Origin: an uncultured virus (IMG/VR IMGVR_UViG_3300013383_000003)
Lineage: Duplodnaviria; Heunggongvirae; Uroviricota; Caudoviricetes; Crassvirales
Direction: 5' to 3' (one strand)
DNA length: 64,000 nucleotides
IMG/VR virus record: IMGVR_UViG_3300013383_000003
Both the position numbers and the translations under genes were made by a program. Under the pieces are notes generated by a model that ran no database searches, had not been told where the DNA came from, and was given only the letters and a program-made list of their open reading frames with translations. Positions 59,833 to 64,000 of the stretch are shown here, piece by piece. Every line of letters begins with the position of its first letter. Position 1 is the stretch's first letter.

Positions 59833-60019
59833 CTAAGTGTTTAATAGTAATTTCATAATCTATTTCCCCCTGTAAAGTATGTAGAGCACCAAGTTTTTTC
59901 TTTACTTTTCTTATGGTACTTTCTATGTTACATTTAAAGGTCAATAAATCTGTACTATAAATTAATATAGGGCATTGATTAGCTTCATCCATTAGTTTTT
60001 TCAGTATCTCCTTCTGCAT
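59822..60019 (-). CDS. hypothetical protein
   Basis: 65 aa, operon packing. Confidence 0.5.
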   Translation of the reverse strand: MQKEILKKLMDEANQCPILIYSTDLLTFKCNIESTIRKVKKKLGALHTLQGEIDYEITIKHLDDE

Positions 60020-60500
60020 AGCTCTTTATTATTTCTACCATCTGTAATAGCTGATGTTTAGTATGTACTTCAAAATACATGGATTTCTGCCCTGTTTTTT
60101 CATATAAATCATCTAAGTATTTAAGAAACATCTTCTTTTTAATATAAAAGACATCGTTCTCAATAGATTTAAGTTCTACCCAAATATCAATATTTTGATA
60201 TTTAAAGTATATATCACATGTATATCTAATACCAATAATCTTATCTTTCTTACAGATTAATTTCTTAGGTCCTGTGATACCTTCTTCTATTCTTCTTGTA
60301 TAAGCATACTTAGATTCTTCATCATAGAAAGGTGTTATAGGTTTAAACCCTTCCCATAGAGTTAATTGCTTAGGTTCATACTGAGGATTAAGCCCTAACT
60401 CTTTTAAAGTTATATAAGCAGATTTTTCAAGTTTACTTTTAAAAGTTATCTTACCTTCTTTACAGACAGTAGCATTACGTATCTTTTTATTGCTGCTCAT
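59985..60500 (-). CDS. PD-(D/E)xK endonuclease (T7 endonuclease I / resolvase-like)
   Basis: FKSKLE...YEP...YTCD...VELKS. Confidence 0.75.
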   Translation of the reverse strand: MSSNKKIRNATVCKEGKITFKSKLEKSAYITLKELGLNPQYEPKQLTLWEGFKPITPFYDEESKYAYTRRIEEGITGPKKLICKKDKIIGIRYTCDIYFKYQNIDIWVELKSIENDVFYIKKKMFLKYLDDLYEKTGQKSMYFEVHTKHQLLQMVEIIKSYAEGDTEKTNG

Positions 60501-60876
60501 TGTTAAGTAGCTCAGTAAGACATTTTTTATATAGCCAATAAGTCTCTCTACTATTTGTTGCTACTTCCTCAATAGCTCGACTTATAAGTAATTTAGAAGC
60601 TTGCTCAGAGGCATAATTAATGGCTCTTAACATCTTTGGTACTACAGATTTCTTTACTTGCATAATACTTGCAAGTTTTCCTAATACATCATCTACAGTA
60701 GGAACTTTACTTTCTTTAATCACTCCGTACTTTTGCAATAATTCTGCCAATTCTTGGTTAAACCCTTCAGTATCTTTATTTTTAAAGATACTATAATTTA
60801 TACCACTATAGAATCCTGCAAATAAATCTTCCATGCATATTTTCTCTCCTGTACTTAAAATTTTAAATTCTTTCAT
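60487..60876 (-). CDS. hypothetical protein
   Basis: 129 aa, operon packing. Confidence 0.65.
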   Translation of the reverse strand: MKEFKILSTGEKICMEDLFAGFYSGINYSIFKNKDTEGFNQELAELLQKYGVIKESKVPTVDDVLGKLASIMQVKKSVVPKMLRAINYASEQASKLLISRAIEEVATNSRETYWLYKKCLTELLNNEQQ

Positions 60877-60878
60877 AT

Positions 60879-61061
60879 CTATTTATAGTTTAATAATATA
60901 TCTTGTCTAACATCTTTTGGTATAGAATCTAAGCAAAACCTAATAAATTCTTCTTGTTCACTAATACTCAAAGAATCAAAAATTTCTGTAGGGTCTACAT
61001 CAATTATAATGTTTTTTGTAGTTTCAATCTGAACAGTCATACCATTTAATTTTTTCATCAA
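60879..61061 (-). CDS. hypothetical protein
   Basis: Short acidic ORF; start uncertain. Confidence 0.55.
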   Translation of the reverse strand: MMKKLNGMTVQIETTKNIIIDVDPTEIFDSLSISEQEEFIRFCLDSIPKDVRQDILLNYK

Positions 61062-61698
61062 ATCTTTTATAACATTCTTTGTTTATATCTCTCCATATTG
61101 AAGAAGGCATAGGTTTCTTAATTCTTGCATAGTGAGAAGGATGAGCTACAGTAATAATGCTGTTATTTTTACCTATAAAGGGCTTTAGCATCTCAGCTTG
61201 TTTACCAAACAGAACATAGATGAGGCCAGGATTTATCTCTGAAATGTGGTTTAATAAGGCAATTGTAAATTTTCTCCATTTCAAAGAATGTACTCCTGTC
61301 TCACCTACCTCTGTTGTTAATGCTGAGTTAAGCATTAATATGCCTTGCTTACTCCAACTCTCTAATGTGGGGTCAAAGTTAATCAAATTATGTGGAATCT
61401 CCAAATCAATAACAGAATCTCTTATTACTTTTAGAGATGGTGATAATTGTTCTTCTGGAGTATTACTTTTATTACCAAATAAAATGCCTGTAGCAACTCC
61501 TTTCTGAGGGTAAGGGTCATATCCTATAAATATCATCTTACACTCTTTATAAGGACATAATCTAAAAGCCTTAAAAACATTCTCTATAGAAGGACATAGC
61601 TTATCTTTTTTAAAGGAAGAAAGCCATGATAGTAACTTTAGTAATTCCGTCCTATCAATGACTTTCATCCAATCTCCAAAATATTCCTCTACTGTCAT
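61024..61698 (-). CDS. ung: uracil-DNA glycosylase (family 1)
   Basis: GYDPYP, ATGILF, W..QGILMLNSALT, HPS. Confidence 0.9.
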   Translation of the reverse strand: MTVEEYFGDWMKVIDRTELLKLLSWLSSFKKDKLCPSIENVFKAFRLCPYKECKMIFIGYDPYPQKGVATGILFGNKSNTPEEQLSPSLKVIRDSVIDLEIPHNLINFDPTLESWSKQGILMLNSALTTEVGETGVHSLKWRKFTIALLNHISEINPGLIYVLFGKQAEMLKPFIGKNNSIITVAHPSHYARIKKPMPSSIWRDINKECYKRFDEKIKWYDCSD

Positions 61699-62634
61699 TT
61701 ATTTTCTCTCAGTAATACATTTCATAGCTATTTCTAATAAAGAATCTTGAATACTTTCTTTCTTAAAGTCTTTGGGAATAATAATCCTATAAGGAGAATC
61801 TTCCTCAGTACCCATAAGACCTTCATAAATAACTTTAGATACATAGCTACAATCAAAGCCATTTTCTACATTTAAAGGTATCACATTGCCACTCTCATTA
61901 AAGTCTATTTTATCTATTGGAAGATAAGCGCAAGTCCTTAACTTACCAAATTCACTACATCCGATAGGTACTGCAACTACATCCGCAGGATTAACAAGAC
62001 AAGCTACTCCAATATTACCAAAGTAATTTTTAGAAAGCCATTGTGCAGAGGCTACATGCAATCCAGGGGCACATTCTACATTACTATCACAATTACACTT
62101 CTTTCTGTCAAGTATTACCATTTCTCCCATTTTAATAACAGTAGAATGACTATAATGGTCTGTATATACTCTTTTTTTACTAGTAGCTTCTACATTTCTA
62201 TAAGCTACAAAGAATCCACACTTGGCAAGTTTTATACCAAAGTTATTTAGAAATTTATAAAGATTCTCTCTACATTGTCTATTAGTATTAAGAGACATAA
62301 GAGTCCAGAAGTTTTTATAAGTCTCTAATAATAGCTTATTTTTAGCTTTCTCTGCTTCTATAATAGACGATACTAAATCTGCTGGTAATGAAAGTGGTGA
62401 CACATTCTTCCAATATATACAGCCATTCTTTACAGTAAGTATTTGAGAGCTTTTTATAGTTCTCTCAGTATTTAATATCTCCTTATAATTAGGGTCAAGT
62501 AATGCTTTAATTTCTTCATCACTCTTAAGAGTAACAAGTTCTTTAAATTGCTCTTCTGTAAGCTGCTGCTCAATAATTTCTCCTGAATCTAGGAAGATGC
62601 ATGCCTTACTTCCTACTTTAATTATTTTTTGCAT
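61699..62634 (-). CDS. rIIB: rIIB-like protein
   Basis: CAPGLHVAS...LVNPADVVAVP...GKLRTCAY. Confidence 0.85.
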   Translation of the reverse strand: MQKIIKVGSKACIFLDSGEIIEQQLTEEQFKELVTLKSDEEIKALLDPNYKEILNTERTIKSSQILTVKNGCIYWKNVSPLSLPADLVSSIIEAEKAKNKLLLETYKNFWTLMSLNTNRQCRENLYKFLNNFGIKLAKCGFFVAYRNVEATSKKRVYTDHYSHSTVIKMGEMVILDRKKCNCDSNVECAPGLHVASAQWLSKNYFGNIGVACLVNPADVVAVPIGCSEFGKLRTCAYLPIDKIDFNESGNVIPLNVENGFDCSYVSKVIYEGLMGTEEDSPYRIIIPKDFKKESIQDSLLEIAMKCITERK

Positions 62635-63998
62635 AATAGTTTTATTAAATCATTATTTATCATTGTATTATAAGCTTCTGTTCCAACTCTAAAAGCTTTA
62701 GTTTTAATTATTGCTTTTGTAAGAAAAATATTAGAACTACCTACATTTAATTGTGTAGACTGTAGTAGGGCTGTTGGTAATAGTTTTTCTACTTTCTGTA
62801 TGGCTTCTTCATATTTTACTAATTTAGTAATTAAGGAGTCATACATACTCTTCTTATTAATAGTTGATATGTTCTCTATGCCTAAATACTTACCCCAGAA
62901 AAGACTAAATTTTTGTAGTATTTTTATTAGTAGTATAGTCTCCTGCTTTATAGATTCTGGCAAATAGGGGAGTAGTTTTCTTACTTTAAAATAAGATACA
63001 GGTATATCATATGAAGATAATTCACATTTTACTCGTCCCAATAGCTTAAATTCAATAAGTTCTTTATCTTTAAATATATCTTCTAAAGTAACAAATCTAT
63101 TAGGAATTTCTTGTAATATCTTAGGTATCAATGTCTTGGGTGCTTGACACAAATTAAATCCTTTAAAGTCTGCTAAGTTTTTATACACTTCAAGATTTCT
63201 ACTATCAGTTAATAATATTCCTCCCCTAATTTCAGTCTTTATACTATGTTTTAATAGCTTTATACTATTGTAAATACTAGCATTATGAATATTGGTCTTG
63301 TAATGTACATTACTATACATTACAATTTTAATATCTTTTTGTGTACTAGTCTTAGTTTTCTTTTTCTTGAATTTTAGGTATTCTCTATCTGTTTTTACAT
63401 CTAATACTATAGCATTTTTTACAAATTCTTTGGTTATCTTAGTTCTAATATCATTAAAGGCTTTAAAGTCTGAATTAATAATGGTAGTGAATACTCTATC
63501 TAGTACACCAATATCTCCAGTAAGTATAGAATCATCACATATAACATAATAGCCTTGAAAGTTTTCAATAAGATATTTTCTTAAGGTTGGAGAGATAGTT
63601 TTAGTTCCAGAAATAACCAAATATTTTTTATTTATTTCTAGGAATTGGCAATAAGTCTTATAGTCTTGTGTTATTATTCTGTTATTATTAATTAATCTAA
63701 TAGCATTATCTGATAATCCATTTGCATGTGTTACACTACAATATAATACATTTTTAATGATGTCAATTTGTGATGTATTAAGAGTATATCCATATAATTG
63801 TATATTATCTGAAGAAATACAACAAGGGTAACCAAAGCTTGAACAAGCTATTTCTTTATCAGATAATAGATTAAATACACATTTTTTATTTGCAACATGT
63901 AAATATTCTAAGACATTATTATAGTTTTTATGAAATTCTTGAGTTACAATATCATCCAGCTCTTTTTTAGCCTCTTTTAGTCTTTTCTCTATTATTTC
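62622..63998 (-). CDS. rIIA: rIIA-like protein, C-terminal part (5' truncated by window)
   Basis: The frame stays open from the window end (EIIEKRLKEAKKELDDIV...) through 63620 to 62622. It lies directly upstream of rIIB; the ATPase domain is not in the window. Confidence 0.65.
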   Translation of the reverse strand, partial: EIIEKRLKEAKKELDDIVTQEFHKNYNNVLEYLHVANKKCVFNLLSDKEIACSSFGYPCCISSDNIQLYGYTLNTSQIDIIKNVLYCSVTHANGLSDNAIRLINNNRIITQDYKTYCQFLEINKKYLVISGTKTISPTLRKYLIENFQGYYVICDDSILTGDIGVLDRVFTTIINSDFKAFNDIRTKITKEFVKNAIVLDVKTDREYLKFKKKKTKTSTQKDIKIVMYSNVHYKTNIHNASIYNSIKLLKHSIKTEIRGGILLTDSRNLEVYKNLADFKGFNLCQAPKTLIPKILQEIPNRFVTLEDIFKDKELIEFKLLGRVKCELSSYDIPVSYFKVRKLLPYLPESIKQETILLIKILQKFSLFWGKYLGIENISTINKKSMYDSLITKLVKYEEAIQKVEKLLPTALLQSTQLNVGSSNIFLTKAIIKTKAFRVGTEAYNTMINNDLIKLLCKK

Positions 63999-64000
63999 TA

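Noticed and set aside
567..63549. Numerous short antisense ORFs in the track (e.g. 567..770, 4674..4925, 16382..16831, 46687..47082, 61220..61507)
   Set aside because: They are shadows of long genes on the opposite strand, with S/L/F/I-biased composition and no motifs.
1..64000. TAG/TGA stop-codon reassignment as in some crAss-like phages
   Set aside because: The standard code gives dense coding with ORFs up to 2937 aa; TAG and TGA end genes right before the next start.
1..64000. CRISPR arrays, tRNAs, rRNA, IS elements, integrase
   Set aside because: None recognised by eye; intergenic gaps are short and explained by terminators, promoters and introns. A tRNAscan-SE/Infernal run would be needed to exclude small RNAs.

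Overview
AT-rich segment of a crAss-like phage genome (order Crassvirales, Bacteroidota host). The capsid sequence and gene order resemble the delta/Suoliviridae type, an assignment made from recall. The + strand (1-36.1 kb) is the late/structural arm. It runs from the end of a DGR target gene, the DGR template repeat and reverse transcriptase, through lysis genes and a self-contained 5-gene cassette of unknown function. Next come a scaffold-like gene and a major capsid protein gene split into 6 exons by FIVE group I introns; three introns carry homing endonucleases, one carries a decayed remnant and one has no ORF. The arm ends with ring/hub/muzzle tail proteins and ejected cargo proteins. 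The - strand (36.1-64 kb) carries two giant virion proteins, including the single-chain virion RNA polymerase, and the replication/nucleotide-metabolism arm (thioredoxin, ThyX, PolA, retropepsin-like protease, dUTPase, NrdDG, nucleases, UDG, rIIB, rIIA). All ten splice junctions can be read from the sequence and rebuild a 504-aa capsid protein. Other highlights are a DGR with no visible avd and a C-terminally extended YTDD RT, terminal cysteines that could chain the three giant ejected proteins, and a recurring xxxGGx(L/I) motif in putative cargo proteins. Product names come from motif recognition and synteny only; no searches were run.
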